Source: Eledone cirrhosa (taxonomy: Eukaryota). Taken from it: a stretch of 64,000 nucleotides of DNA. The stretch covers positions 373,240,001 to 373,304,000 of the forward strand of contig OZ024743.1 in NCBI GenBank assembly GCA_964016885.1. Reading direction: 5' to 3'. Position 1 is the first letter of the stretch, and every line of letters begins with the position of its first letter. Below the pieces are notes generated by a model, which was given only the letters and a program-made list of their open reading frames with translations, searched no databases and was not told the origin of the DNA. Positions 27,892-44,264 of this stretch are shown here, in pieces. The position numbers were made by a program, and so were the translations under genes.

Positions 27892-28107
27892 CCCTTTAAC
27901 ATTTACATTACTCTATATATACTATTGTTTTCATGGTAAAGGCTTTACTTCACATAATTATCTCACATAATATTGAAGCTATGAGATTTTGTTATGTATT
28001 TTGAGAACAATACCTTAACATTGGTATGAGCGGCTGATTACAGCCAGTATGAACAAATAGAGGTGAGAGAATTCTGGCTAGATATGGCCGGTTTAAATGC
28101 TAAAGGG
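27892..28107. mobile_element. piggyBac-type MITE, same family, opposite orientation (another partial copy at ~37380-37597)
   Basis: TTAA|CCCTTTAACATTTA ... TAAATGCTAAAGGG|TTAA. Confidence 0.75.
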
Positions 28108-31100
28108 TTAAACTTAGCTTTTTCTCCTGCCTCTTATTAGTTATACAGTATTTCTTGATTATTCCTCTGCTAAAGGTTCTATGTGTCTTCATTCTATGTT
28201 ATGTTCCTTTGTCATCTAAAAATATCATCTATTACATATGAATAACAACATTGTAAGTTTTATTAACAATTTGTTAAATAAACACATGTTTAGTTAGTCT
28301 GTAGAAAGCTGAAATATTTACAGATTTGGTTTCAAAATATTTTGTAGTTTACATCAATTCTGCTTGAAAAATAATGAAATTCAAACTATTTATTTCTCTT
28401 TAAGAATTTAAGCTGAAATACATCACATTCTTTTCCCTTTCTTTGCTTCAGATGTTAAGAAGGATAAATAAGGAAGATTTTAACTAGCTTCATCTTACTT
28501 CATTTTGAATATTTTTATGTTAATGTTCCCCTGATAATTTCATTCATTTTTTTTTTCTTTCCCCTTCTCTAGATGACTCATCTGGCTGGTTTGGTGTTTT
28601 TTCTCTAAATTTTCGAAATTTTAGTACCAAAGAGAAAAAACAAATATGCATATGATGGATTGTTTGTTGCTGTTGTACAGTGTAGATTCTTATATCAGAT
28701 GTGTTATAATTATTTAGCACATGATTAACTCTTGTCTTACCATTTCTGTAATGAAATACATAGCACACGTGTTTCAATTTAATTTGAAAATATTGAAATA
28801 AGAGGAATTTAGAAATATAACTTAACCTTTCTAATAAAAGACACTACCTATAATTTTCAAATCATTTTGAAAATAAGTATTTGGAGATTTAATAATATAA
28901 CTTTCTTATTAACTTTCTTATTATTGTGTGATATCTTGTATTAGACAAAACCCCATTAGCAATGCATTCTTAAAAAGTACAAAGCAGCACTATGACTAAT
29001 ATATTAAAAATTAAAGTTTTTACTTTAGTTTACTGCAAATTTTCACAATATAATTGTTTCTACGTTTGGCACAAGGCCAGCAATTACCCAGTGCATTACT
29101 GGTACTTTATTTTATCGACCCCGTAATGATGAAAGGCAAAGTTAACCTCGGCGGGATTTGAACTCAGAATGGCAATGGCCGTAACTCTATGCGTCAAAGC
29201 ATGGCGTCCGACCCTCTACTGATACTGCCAATCCACCACCTATTTTCACAATATAATGATAGTACAAACCTAGTAAAGATACTATAAACATTTGAATTAA
29301 TGAACCTGTTTTTAGATATTTTCTACTAAATCATTGCAATGTTCTTGCATAAAATTATGATGTAAGGTTTTCAGATAAATATAAACATTTTCAAAGAAAC
29401 AGCTTTGCTTTGCAGAATCAAGGGAAGTTTCAGGTGGTTTAGAATGAAAAGGGTTAAATTGGAAACAGTCTTCCTTGTTCATAGTTTGTCAGCACAGTGT
29501 ATTGATTCCCTACAGCAAATTGATTCCCTAAATGAGCACTACTGCCTCCCCCTTTGTAGGCTCTGAGATACTTAATCCTTTTGGTACCAACCTGCATGAA
29601 ATGACTGTTCCTTTTGAAATGCTCTTATATTAAAGCCATCCATCTTGATTATATTTGATAAATTTTTGTTAAGTAATGTTTCAAACATCAGCTTACTAAT
29701 GAAAGTGTTAGTTATCACATTATATTCTTCAAATTTTCAAAATTAATTGATGCACATAAGCAGTTTATTTCACTAGAAATCTGTTAATAAAGTGGTTAAG
29801 AGAGAGACTGCAGGACACAGAAGTAGGAGGAGGTTCTTGGTATGCAAGGGGTGGTGAGGGAGGGAAGGAGTAAAGAATACAAAGTAGTACTTGTTTGTAA
29901 AACGATGTTGATAGAGTTGTGAGTTTATATTGTACTTTCAGATATTACATTATCTCTTCTTATAACACATTTGAGAGAGGGATTTGGGTTAAAATATATG
30001 CAGAACCTTGAACTTTTGGTTGCTTTTCAAAACCTAGTTTTGATTCAATTAGTGCAAGCATTGCCCAGTAGTATTTATTCCATCTTGTCAGTGAACTAAC
30101 ATCTTCGATCCATCTTAGGAACAACTCTGATGTAATCAACAATATCTATGTTACAATCTGGACAATTTCAAGGAAAATTTAAAATCAACATTTATTCAGC
30201 ACATATATCAAAGGTCAGCCAGAAAAAATTGGCAGTTTAACCTTTTTTTATAGCAACCTGCCTGAAACAACCCTTTGTTTTATGATATAAAACTGCACAT
30301 TTTAAAGTGTTCATAAGTTATGATCCAAAGATCAGCTTAACATTCCAAACACCAACTTGATAATGAGACCTTTCATCATAATTTTATGTAAGAACAGATA
30401 AATATTGAGAAAGTTATATTACTAAATCCCTCAAAATTCTTGATTATTTTCAGAATTAATTGCGTAAAATACATAAGCAATGTCTGTCATTAAAAATACA
30501 GTAATGGAAGGGTTAAAGGATAAATTATCTTATATAGTTTATCTAGTCTGTTGCTGTATTGCAGAAAAATATTAACAATTTGTAACTGTTAGGATGAGAG
30601 AGACGAGCAGGGAAGGGTAGCCATTAAATGGTAATGATAGTGATAAAGGCATATGTGAGAAATTATTTTGACAATGAGGTGGTTCTCTTTGTGTACAAAA
30701 GACAAGCTGTTTAATGGCAGCATTAATCGGTTGCTACTAACAATACTGTTTTATTAGTTTCTCTCAAAGGTCTGTGACCACAGTTTAGTCGATAATAGTA
30801 TCCTTTTCTTAAGTTGGGTACTTATTTTATCGATCTGTATTTGTCAAACTGCTATGTCATGGGACATAAATACACACCACCAGAGAAGTGTAAATGTAAA
30901 CAAGTATACATCCACATGCACACACTCACTTACACACAGATCAATATGCAGATATATAGCTCTTCTACTGATAATTCTTTTATCATTTGTTGATTATTAC
31001 ACACACACACACCACACACCACACACCACACACACCATAAGCTTTCGCACAGCTTTTATCTACCAAATTTCACTTACAAAGCAAAGGTCAACCCAAGGGC

Positions 31101-33551
31101 CATGCAGTGGGCTGAATGTAAATCCATTTAGTTGTGAAGTTCTTAACTACACAATGGCGGCATGCGAAATGAGTTGGTTAAGCTGAAAAGAAATAACTTG
31201 AGTATGGTACATTTGTTGTGTTATATTAGTTTAACTCTTAACATCCTGTACCACATGAAACTGCATTAGCAAAATGTTGAAAACTACAAAACATTATGAT
31301 TGCATCACATTCAAATTTTTTACTTAAGTTTACTGCAAATTTTCACAACAATCTGTTCACTTTTAAAGATACTTTAAACATTTGAATTAGCAAACCTGTT
31401 TAGAGATCTTTTGTTAAATCATTATAGTATGTTATGGATTAAACTGCTTGAAATGGGTAAACTTGAGAAATAAGTTTTTATATCCAAATTAAATATATGG
31501 AGCTGCATGGCCTAGGAGTAAGTGTTGGACTTACAATCATAATGTTGTGGGTTTGTTTCCTGGACTGGTTTGTGTGTTGTGTTCGTGAGCAAAACACTTT
31601 GTTTCACGTTGCTCCAGTATACTCAGCTGAAAATGAATACCAGCTGGTTTAACCCTGTGATGAACTGGCTTCCTGTCCAAGTAGGGTGTCTTGTACTCTG
31701 TCATTTTATGCCATGGAAACTGGGATAAGCACCGGCCTGACAAGTCTCCGGGCTCGAGACAGGCTTTAAAAAAAAAATTAATTTTTCAATTCAGACAAAA
31801 ATGGAATGTCGGTTATAATAACACTAAAGTGTACCCCATTATATGATGGGTAACTTTTGGGAGTATACTTCTGTCACTGTGGGTAACATCAACAGAGGAA
31901 GGGCCATGCCCATGATCTTTGTAGGATTTTCCAGACTGGTTTAGAGGGATTCAGTTGATGTTACGCTTAAAGATTTGTATTTCAATGTTTGCAGAAACTG
32001 TGTGGAATAGACCTCCATTGGTGTTGACAATGAGTGTTCCAGTTGTTTGATTAATGGAACAGCCTGCTTCTGAAATTAATGTGTAAGTGGCTGAACATTC
32101 CACAGACACTTGTACCCTTAATGTAATTCTCAGGGAGATTCAGTGTGACAAAGTTTATGACAAGGCTTGTTTTTGAATTACTGGTACAGTCCATCTGATG
32201 GGCTTCCAAACAGTTTCCATTAGATGAATTTATGATGTAAGAGTTTTAGATAAATATAAACCTTTTAAATTTAGCAACTTTATATTGTAGAACCAGATGT
32301 AGTTTTAGGTGGTGTGGTTAAAGTTTACTTTAACCATCAAAATGGTTAAAGAATAGCAACTGCATATCTTCAAGTGAAATATGTTGGTGAATGGATTTGT
32401 ATTTCCAATCAAACGACCTTATTTTGGGTTGACTGTGTGTGTGTGTGAGAGAGCAACCCCATCCTATTTATATGAGCAGTAAACTAATGTAGATCTCATT
32501 TCATCATAGATCAGTATAGAATTAGATGCTGAGTTGATGGGCTGAAAATTACATTCCAACTATATTTAGACGTCCACGGACAGCCAAGTCATTGAAAGAA
32601 GTATTTATTGCCAGGCTTTGCAGCTGGGCAACTCCACCGTTTCCATCACATAACCATATTTGAAGTTTAGACAAGACATGACATTACATACTATTGTCTC
32701 TTTCAACATATGGCAGTTATAAATTCTTTCTTTCTCTCTCATACTCACAGATAATGTAGTATTAGAAATAATTTTCCTCTAAAATTTATTTTATGGCAAA
32801 TCAATGTCAGTATTGGAAGAAAAAAATAAAATAAACAGTTATACCAATAGTATTGGAAATATCGATTCTTTGAACAAAGAATAGTAATAGCTTTTGTAGG
32901 TGAGAGGTATAGGTGATGAAATATAGCTACATTATAACAAAATAATTTTAAGGCCCTTTTCCCTGCTAAAGTGGGGGTTAGCCTTGAAGTACTGGGGCCC
33001 ATGGTAATTTTGTGCATTTTGCTCTATCCTCTATATAACTCCCACCAATATCCTTGTTTTCATTCTCTCCCCTATCGTCTTTAGCTATGTGTTTCTTGGT
33101 TTTCCCTTTTCATATTTATTTCCATCAATCTTCGTGCACCCAGTTAATTTCACCCTTCCTAAACACATGACCCAGACATCTCATTCCATTTTTGTTCACA
33201 ACATACATCCCTGGTTCTGTTCCCAGTCAATTAAACCTTTCCTCAACACATTACCCAGACATCTCATTCCATATTTCTCTTCACAACATATATCACTGGT
33301 TCTATTGCCAGTTATTTTCATCCTTCCTCCACACATGACCTAGTCATCTCATTCTATTTCTATTCACAACATATATGACTAGTTCTATTACCAGTCCTCT
33401 TCAGGATCAGTCTATGTGGCACCTTGAGCAAGTGTGTCCTCTAATATAGCCTTAAGTTGACCAATGCCTAATGAGTGAATTTAGTTTAGTAGATGGAAAC
33501 TATAGAATGCATGTCGTGTGTGTGTGTGTGTCATCATATTTATCATTTTTC

Positions 33552-34300
<749 letters not shown>

Positions 34301-34928
34301 TCTCATTTACATTGTTTGTGAATGTCAGCAGTAACGTTATGTCCTCTGTAAACAATACCTCCTTCAGTGTAACAGTTAGTTTGGCAAACATTCTATGAAA
34401 ATATGTATATATATGGAGGCACATGGCTTAATGGTTAGAGCATTGGCCTTGCAATTGATGTTGTTTGTTCAATTCTCAGACCGGATGATGTGTTGTTTCC
34501 TTGAGCAAGACACTTTATTTCACATTGCTCCACTTTACTCAGCTGTAGAAATGAGATGATAGGGACTGGAGTCCCTATCATTCCACTGCAAAGTGGTCAT
34601 GGAGGTGCCACGGCAAAAAAGCACCCAGCACTCACTGTAAATGAGGTTGGTGTTAGGAAGGGCATCCAGCTGTAGAAATCAAGCCAGAATCAGTTCCCAT
34701 CCTACCCTTGCAAGCAGGGAAAAGTGGACGTAAAATGAGGATGATGATGATGATGATATCATCACCATTTTATGTCCATTTTTCCACGTTTGCGTTGAGT
34801 GACAAGATTGGCCATGCTGTTCTAAATTTGGCTGGGGTTTTTTACAGCTGGATGCACTTTCTAACACCAACCACATATACACTGATATATAGGAAAATAC
34901 ATGAGATCCTTGGAACAGTAATATATAT

Positions 34929-35231
34929 TTGAAAAATGGAAAAGAATGACTTCACTTGTAGTTGGTATTCTATAACAATTTAATTTTACAATTTTGCTAT
35001 GTAGATCTAATTTTTAAATGAGATTTTGAAAACGGCATTACTTGGAAATACAAAGAAGTATTCTTCATTAGAAAGTAAAAAACCTCTACTGAACACAAAA
35101 AAATGGTATTTCATCTTTCAGTAATGCGGTTTTCAAAATCTCATTTAAAAATTAGATTTGCATTGTAAAATTGTAAAATTAAGTTGTTATAGAATACCAA
35201 CTACAAGTGAAATCATTCTTTTCCTTTCAAA
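34929..35231. repeat. Imperfect fold-back with ~110-bp arms (~34929-35042 / ~35121-35231), followed by (TA)n
   Basis: GAAAAGAATGA.TTCACTTGTAGTTGGTATTCTATAACAA and its reverse complement. Confidence 0.8.
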
Positions 35232-38171
35232 TATAAATATATATATATATATATGTATCATCATCATGATCGTTCAATATACATTTTCCATGCTAGCATA
35301 GGTTTGAAAAAAAAATATACACCATACTTAAAATAAGGTATAAGTTAGTGTCAAAAAGTCTCATTTTAACTCATGCAAGCATAGGGGAAAAACAACTGAG
35401 AATGAAAGATATGAGGGAAGTGCAGATGTTAGTAAAATAAAAAAGTTAATCACAGCATTATTTTTTTTTTCCCTGGGATTATATTTCATGACCACAAGGT
35501 GTGTGAATTAATTAGTGAGCAAAAGGTAAAAAGTTCATCTATATATGTCTTATTGAATTAATGATTTAATACCTTATTTTTTTATCCTAAAATTAATATC
35601 TACCATAGCTATGTACCTATTGTTGCTATCCATGCATTTGAATCATATAAATGTGATGGCTGTTCCTTCAATTTTGTGTGTAACACCCTGTGTGAGTCAG
35701 TTCTGACTCATGAGTACTCTTCAACCTTTGTTTCAAATCAAGCAATGCCTGTCATTAGTATTTACCAGAAGGGTGATAGGTTTTTTTTTTATTGTTGCAT
35801 TTTAGGGTGGTGGATTTGCAGAAGTGGTAGTACATTGGATTAAATACCATTGTGTTATTTTTTCTGGCTATTTACATTCTAAGTTCAAATCCCATCAAGG
35901 GAAACTTTGCCTTTCATCCTTCCCAGATCAGTAAAATAAGGTATCAGTGAAGTATTGGGGTTGATTTAACCAACTTTTCCTTTCCCCCAAAATTTTCTGG
36001 CCTTGGACACCCTAAAATAATTGGGCTCATTTCGGGATGAGCTCAATTATTTTAGGGTAGTGGGTTGGCAGAATTAGTAGAACATTGGATAACATGCCAT
36101 TGCTGTATTTGTTCAAATCCTGCCATGGTCAATTTTACCTTTAATTATTTCAGTGGGAATGAAAAAGAAATAAGAATTTCTGGCCTTGAGCCTATAGTAG
36201 AAATCATTATTTCAGTGGGAATAAAGTAAGGTACCAGTTGAGTACTGGGGTTGATTTAATCAACGTTTCCATTCCCCACAAAATCTTTTGGCAGCATGTT
36301 TAAGTATATGACTCCTGAGAACAGCCAGCATGAGACATTCTTCTACATACACATTGCATAGTATCACAAGGTGGTGGAGCTTGTTCCCCTTTTCAAACAA
36401 AGCAAGTATGTTTTTAAATAAGCCTGAACACCTGGAGATATTCTTCTATTTCCCAAAACAAGAGGAGTAATCATCCATTAACTGAAGTCTTTCATTTAAA
36501 AAACATCAAACTTCTTACTTATCACACTTGTGCCAGATAAATTCGACTTTGACTGATAAGAATTGTTATTGGCTTAACATATTTTTTCCTAATAGGTAGT
36601 GAGCATTATTCATTCTTATGGTATGTTTACACTAACATATTATTTACTGGTTTGGCTCAATAGTTAGGGTTCTGGGTTCAATTCCACTACATGGCATCTT
36701 GTGGAGGTGTCATTTACCATATCCTCAGATTGATTCAAGCTTTGTGAGTGAAACTGTTTGTAGACAGAAACTGTTTGGAAGTCCATTGAATGGATTGTAC
36801 CTGTAATCCATATGGTCGGCCATATCACACTGTACTATGCAGAATCACCCATTTGATACCAAACTGCCTGAAATTTCCCCTAGTTCTATGATATTCAGCT
36901 GTTTATTTTAAAATGTTTATATTTATCTAAATACCTTCCTTTATGATTTTATGTAAAAACCTTTAAGTTATGCCCCATAGACCAGCTTAATAATGAGAAA
37001 AGTAATTATATTTTTAACCTCCACTTAAATGACATAATTTTGAAAATAATCAAGAATTTGGAAGGATTTAGAAGAGATTACAATAGTTAAAAAAAACCAA
37101 AAAACAAATGCAACTTTTTTATTATCATATTTCTCATGAAATACACCCTATTTGATGCAGTGAATGGCAGGGTCATAAGAACATGGAACAGAATACTTTG
37201 CGATATTCATTCGGGCTCTCTAAGTTCAAATCCCGCCAAGGTCAACTCTATCTTTCATCCTTTCGAGGTTGTTAAAGTAATACCAGTCCAATATTGGAGT
37301 CAATTCATCCTCTATATCTCTTTCTCACTTTTCTATCGCTTACTTCTTTTCTGGAAGAAATCTGCTGTGTTCAAACCTGTATTTTTGTGGTAAAGGCTTT
37401 ATCACATAATTTTGAATTTACGAGATTTTGATGTTATTTACTTTGAGAACAATACCTCTATAACAGTATGAGCAGCCGGTTATGGCTAGTTTGAACAGAA
37501 AGAGGTAAGAGAATTTTAGCTGGATACGGCCGGTTTGAACAGAAAGAGGTGCGAGAATTCTGGCTGGATATGGCTGGTTTAAATGCTAAAGGGTTAACAT
37601 GTTCAACTATGCACAACGTCACCTCAATAATTCCATCAGGAGTTACAGGTCTATACATACTGTGTATTTGAATTAATGAAGGATTTGAAGGGATTTGCTA
37701 AAATCATTATTTCGTTATTAACATATTTGCAATATAACTTAACAAAAAGGTCTTGTATCAAATTATGCTGGAAGAATGGTTGGTTTTGTTTCATGGAATC
37801 AAAGTTTTGGACAGGTTGGTATGAAAAAGGGATAATTTTGTTGAGAATTAAAACAGTTCTAGGTTATATTTAATGAATTTAATTTATTAAATACTTATTA
37901 AAAATGAGTCTTTAGAAAATGAATGTTCCAATTAGATTTTCACCTGAACTATTACTTAATCATTTATTGGCAATAACACCTGTTTTACCGATTTGGCAGA
38001 GAAAAGATGAAGACAAGTGTCTTGTTAATGGATAAATCTGTTTTTGATAGGGCTTAAGATCTTAGCAGTTTTCACCATGGTGATACTGTAATATTATTGT
38101 TTTGTTATTCAGTTCATGAATTATTTTGTTATGATAGCAATGTCTGTAAATATTTATTGATTTCTTCCATC

Positions 38172-38665
38172 AGAGGTGTGGTATGTGAGCAATGGTGTCT
38201 GCATAGGAGGTGTGATATGTAGACAATGATGTAAGAAGTGTGTGATGTGTGGGTAGTGATGTCTCCATAGGATGTGTGATATGTAGACAATGATGTAAGA
38301 AGTGTGTGATGTGTGGGTAGTGATGACTCCATAAGATGTGTGATATGTAGACAATGATGTAAGAAGTGTGTGATGTATGGGTAGTGATGACTCCATAAGA
38401 AGTATGAGATGTGGGAAATGGTGCATGCTTGAGAAGTGTATGTAGACAGTGGTGTCTCCATAGGAGGTGTGAGATGTAGGGAGTGGTGTCTATAGGAGGT
38501 GTGAGGTGGGCAGTGGTGTCTCCATAGGAGGTGTGAGATATGGGCAGTGGTGCATACATAGGATGATGCGAGTTGTGGTGAGTGCATAGGAAGTGGGTAA
38601 ATATGGGCAGTTATGTCTGCATAGGAAGTGAAAAATATGAGTAGTGATGTAAGATGTGCCCCATA
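38172..38665. repeat. Minisatellite with ~30-35-bp subunits and a 64-bp higher-order unit (starts 38210, 38274, 38338)
   Basis: Read directly from the sequence. Confidence 0.85.
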
Positions 38666-40714
38666 AGAATGAGTTTAGTATTGTCTGGGCATAGAAACAC
38701 AAACTTAAGTGGCAGAGGGCAATTAGTTTTAATTTAGGAAGTTGTTAGATATTAGGAGTGTAAGCTATTTTAGTTATTTCGTTGCTATGAATGATTGTAT
38801 GAAGGCTGAAAGAATGTTGTGCAAGATAAGACGTAAACTGTCAAGACTTGAGGAATATGAAATAAGACATGAGTAAGGCTTTATAGCAGGATGTTGTCTA
38901 AGTAAACCTGTCAAAGTATCGGTAAAGGAATTCATATAATGTAAATGTTAATATAGTTCAACAAACAAGCTACTTTTTACTGGTTTCTCATTGAACTGCA
39001 GCCATGCTAGAGCATTGCTTCAAAGGGTTTGGTCAATTATATTGTCTCCAGTAATTATTTTAAAATCTGGCACTTATTTTATTGGTCTCTGTTTGTCAAA
39101 CTGCTAAGTTACAAGACTTAAATGCACAATACTGGTTAAGTGTTTTAAACAGTGACACACACACACATACACGTGTGTATGTGTGTGTGCATATCAAAGT
39201 ATAGTTCAAAGTAAAAGGAAAACAAACACAAAGAACAATGACTCAGTCTTATTAATTTCACATTTTATTGAAAAGGAAAAAGAATGTTTCAAGATATTGG
39301 GCTTTAGTTCTTCACCAGGAAAAAGAAAATGGGTTTCCACACAGTTTCCATCTATGAAATTTCATTTACAAGGTATTATTCAACTCAAGAGGTATAATAA
39401 AAGACACTTGATTAAGGTTCCATGCAGTAGGACCAAAGCTGAAACCACTGTGTTGTAGAAAGAAAAGATTAGATTACAGGTCTCTAGAGCTGGTGCTACT
39501 ATCAAATACACTCAGTGTAGAAACATATGTGAGATATAGACCCCAGACTTATCTGTGAGGTCAGTAGCTCTGCTTAAGTATTGACTCATCTAACTTTTGC
39601 TAGCAGGAAAAACTAACATTTAATGATGAGGATGATGATATTAGGATTCCGTGATCTATTTGTCCTCTCCCTTCCACTTCAACTTTAACCACTTCAGTCC
39701 AGATTTTTCTTGGTCTTCCTCTCCTGCAGCTTCCTTCCACTGGCACTTCTTCACCAGCGTTCATCATCCATATGTGTCACATGTCTGTACCAGCTCAAAC
39801 TTCTGTAATTCACTTGCAGTGTGTGTGTGTGTGTGTGTGTCTGGTGCAGTGTGTCAGTGTGTATGCATACCTAGTGCTCTTTATGGTGTGTGTGTCTGTC
39901 TGGTGTAGTGTAGTGATCAGGTGTATGTGTGTGTGTGGTGCAGTGTGTCAGTGTGTTTGCATGCCTAGTCCAAATTGTGTGGTGTGTCTGTTGGGTGTAG
40001 TGTAATATGGTGCTCAGGTGTGTGTATCTAGTACAGTGTGTTTGTGTGTATATTTGGTGTGTGTCTAGTGTAGTTCTTAATGTATGTGTATGATGTGTGT
40101 TATGTTTGTTTTCCTCAAGTGTACCACCATAGAGTTGAAACATTTCCAAGTGAGAATCAGTTAACTGACAACTCTCAGATGATGTCTCTTAACATTTACT
40201 AAGGATATATCATTACTAGAGATAATTATTTCTTACATAAATTTATAACAGTCAAATCTCTATGGTAATAGTTTTATTCTTTTACTGGTTTCAGTCATTG
40301 TCCCGTGGCCATGCTGGAGCACCTCCTTGAAGGGATTCAGTTGATTATATCGACCCCAGTACCTATTTTCTTTTCTTTACATGTCTGGAACTTATTTTAT
40401 TGATCACTATTTGTCAAACTGCTATGTAATAGAACATAGAAAAATAGTAAATTTAAACATAGATATGGACACACTTACAAATATATATATACAATGGGCT
40501 TCTGTACAGTTTCTGTTTACCAAATTTCACTCATAAGGTGTAGCTCAATCTAAGGCTACTGTAGAAGACACTTGCTCATGGTGCCATGCAATGTGATTGA
40601 ACCCAGAACTGTATGTTGGCAAAGGGAGTTTCTTAACACACACAAACCCATGCTAGCGTGGAAGATAGATGTTAAACGATGATGATGATGACACTGCCAT
40701 GCTTGTGTCTAATT

Positions 40715-41191
40715 ACACTGGTCAACACACTTTTTGCTGACTTAGGTTTTGTTGTTTTTAGCTAATTTCAAGGTGCTGATTTAAAAAATGGCACCTATTT
40801 TTTCCTAACACATCAGGTCTTCATGTTTGTCTTTCGCTTGGCTATCCCATAAACACAGGAAACATGGTTATTTTGTATACTCTCCTTGTTGGCCTAGTGA
40901 AAACTTGATGTGATAAAAAAAAGTATTGTCATTTTAAAACTCAGCCCCAAATTATTCAAGAACAGGTCTCAAACTTTGGTCAGCAAAAAAAAAAAGCACA
41001 CTTTTGTTGACCAGTGTGTTATCTCTTGTAGCTATGGGTGGGGTTAATATGGACCAGCCCATAGATAAAAAAAAAATTGATGTGATAGAAAAACAGTATT
41101 GTCATTTTTAACCTCAGCAGTCTCAAATTACTCAAGAATAGGTCTCAAACTTAGGTCAGCAGAAAAAAAGCAAAATTTTGTTGACTAGTGT
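40715..41191. mobile_element. TIR MITE (ACACTGGTCAACA...TGTTGACCAGTGT, 40715-41017) with a duplicated right end (~41077-41191)
   Basis: 13-bp TIR and a ~115-bp direct repeat of the right end. Confidence 0.6.
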
Positions 41192-44100
41192 TATTGGTGA
41201 TAATATATTGAACAGACAGATTAGAGGCTACAAATTCCAATCTGTTATTGGTATGTCAGTGAAATTTTTGGACAAAATATTTAATTCTGTCTGTGTTAAC
41301 CTATGAAAGGGAATTGGTACTGTACCTTCTTTGAAGTATAACAAATCTCTTTTATAAGACTGAGCGATTATCTGCCATTGGTTTACTGCTGCATAGTTCA
41401 GAGATAACTGTAATGAATTATGATTTGTGAAGTCAGTTGTAATTAAGCAGCTTATGTTATAGCTAGGCTGTAACCAGTGAAACAGTTGTTGATTATACAA
41501 GAAAATAAAAGAACAAAAAAACAGTGGAATACAAGTGTCAGCGCCATATTCCTCCATACTATGTGCTCCCTTAACTCTGTCATAATTTAGCATTCCACCA
41601 TACTAATTTCTAATTTAGGCAGAAGGCCAACAATTTATGTGGAGGGGAAAATCGATTACATAGACTCCTCCTTTCCCAGAAAAGTGTCAAATAATATTGG
41701 AAGGATGAAAGGCAAATTGATCTTGGTGGGATTTGTAATCAAAACTTAAAGAGCCGGAACAAATATCATAATGGCATTTCATCCAATGATGCTCTACCAA
41801 TTCTGCCAATCCACCATTAATCATATCTCTCTGTGTACTTTTAGTTTTTTTAATTCTTTCATTAAGAGGATTTTTTTTCTGAAACATATCAAGAACCAAT
41901 GAAATATTTCTAAGATAACATTTGAACATTTTTGTTTTTATTTTTTATATTTAATGTCTATTTGTATTGGTGATGCCTTCTAAAATACAAAACAAAACAA
42001 AAAAAAGACCCACATAGAAAAATGAGAAAACTCATCGCTAGTACTGCTGTTAAAACAGCTAAATGCTGTCAAAGACAACGATGGACAAAAGTACCTCAGA
42101 GGCTATAGACCAGCCGCTAGTGGTCAACACAAAGATAAATCTACAAGGTGGGTGTCAGGCAGATGAAATATAGAAAAGATTGAAAGAGGAGGAGGAGGAC
42201 AAGGAGAAGTGTGTTGGCGCATAGAAGTGACTGGAAAAAGGAAATAAAGAAAGGCAATGTTTACATACATACATCTTCACCCTCATCAGCTCTCAAACCA
42301 GCAAATGGTTTCACATGATTTGTTTCCTAAAAAAGAAACCCAAACATTTGTTATCTTAGGATTATTTCCTTTATTCTAGATTGACAAAGTAATATCAGAA
42401 TAACCTAGTGATTCTTAATGTAGTCGGATTTAAAACTAAAACTAGATTGGAGTGGCTTCTCTGCTAATTGGAAATTATTTTTAATGTGGGTACAGGTATT
42501 GTTATGTAGTTAAACCTTTTTATACCAAACCACCTGAAACCACCATGAATTTATGATACAAAACTGCTTATTTTTATTTCCTCTGGTTTATTTTTTTTCT
42601 CTTTTTCTTCTTCAAGGGGTCATGGGGCCAGGGTCTTCAGACACCCCTTTCAAACTATGATAATGTTTATCCTTATATTAAATCCTTTCATCATAATCAT
42701 ATTTTAGAAATTTTTGTTAGGTGATCTAAATATAAGCTTACTAAGGAAAATCAATCATTTTATTGAATTCCTCCAAATTTTTTTGATATTTTCAAAATTA
42801 TTTGATAATTATCGGCAGTACCTTTCACTAGAAATATGGTAAGGAAAGGGTTAAAAAGTTTGCTTCACAGTCATCTAGTCATGGGATCTTTCCTACTGGA
42901 TTAATGTAAATTATAAAAAAACCTGTTGCATGTATAAATATAAATCAGATTTAAGCTGGAACTACTTTTACAACATATCTTCTTGTCTTTTATATTAACA
43001 CTAATCTTTTGTTGAGCTTGTTTTTTTCTTGAGAATCAACAGATCGTTTCTTCTTGTAGTTTTCTATTTACAACACTTTCTTTCATTCAACATATTTTCT
43101 ATGACCAGTGTATTCTTTTTGCTATTGCTACATGTTTATACACTTTCACCTATTTTAGTATATTAAGCAATGACTCATTGATGGATCATAGTTTAACACT
43201 TTTCAAATCACCAGAAACTGTTTATCATGCAAAGCTGGATAATTTCAAGTGCTCATATTTATCTAAGAATCTTCCATAATTTTATGTAAGAAACTTTATT
43301 CATTTTGATATATATAAACGCACGTGGCTTAGTGGTTAGAGTATTGATCTTACAATTGTGAGGTTGTGAGTTTGATTCCCACACCATTTCCTGTGACTCT
43401 AGTTTACTCAGGCAGAGAAAAATGAGTTGCAACGTTACTGGTGCCAAGCTGCATCAGCTTTTGCCTTTATCTTGGACAACACTTGTTTTATCGACCAAAG
43501 GGAGTCTATACATATATGGTTGTGTGGTTAAGAAGTTCAATTCACGACCATGTGGTTTCAGGTATAGTATTTTAGGCATGTGTCTACTACTATAGCCTTA
43601 GGTTGACCACTGTCTTGTGAAATTTGGTAGATGGAAATTATGCAGAAGCCTTTTGTGTGTGTGTGTGGTGTGTGTACCGTTTATAGTCCGTAAACTGGCG
43701 ATTTGACAAATAGAGATCGATAAAACAAGTATTGGGTCAATATAATCAACTAAATTCTTTGCTGGCAGTATCTCAATATGGCCACAGTTTAATTACTGAA
43801 CCCAGAAAAAAAAAAAAAAAAAAAATATCATCATCATTACCATTTAACAGCCATTTATCCATACTAGCATGGGTTAGTTGAGTTTTCCCATTGTGAGACA
43901 AGTCAGAACAGATGACCATGTCTTGCCTATACAGAACTGTTTCTAGCTTAGTTTCTATGGTTGGATGCTCTTTCTAACACCAATCACATTTACAGTGTAG
44001 ATTGGGGGCTTTTCGTTGTGACACCAACACAGCCACTTTACAGTGTGGACTGGGCAATTTTTGATGTGGCACTAACATGGCCACCTTATACAGGGACGAC

Positions 44101-44264
44101 AGGGTGCTCTTTGTCATGTCACCAACCAATCTGCCCACTCCACAGAGCAGACCGAGGTCCTTCTGTGTCGTGCCACCAGCATGTCCATCTTACAGGGTGG
44201 ACTAGGTGTTTATTTGTCATGTCACTAGCATGACCACCTTCCAGTGAGGGTTAGGTGCTTATAT

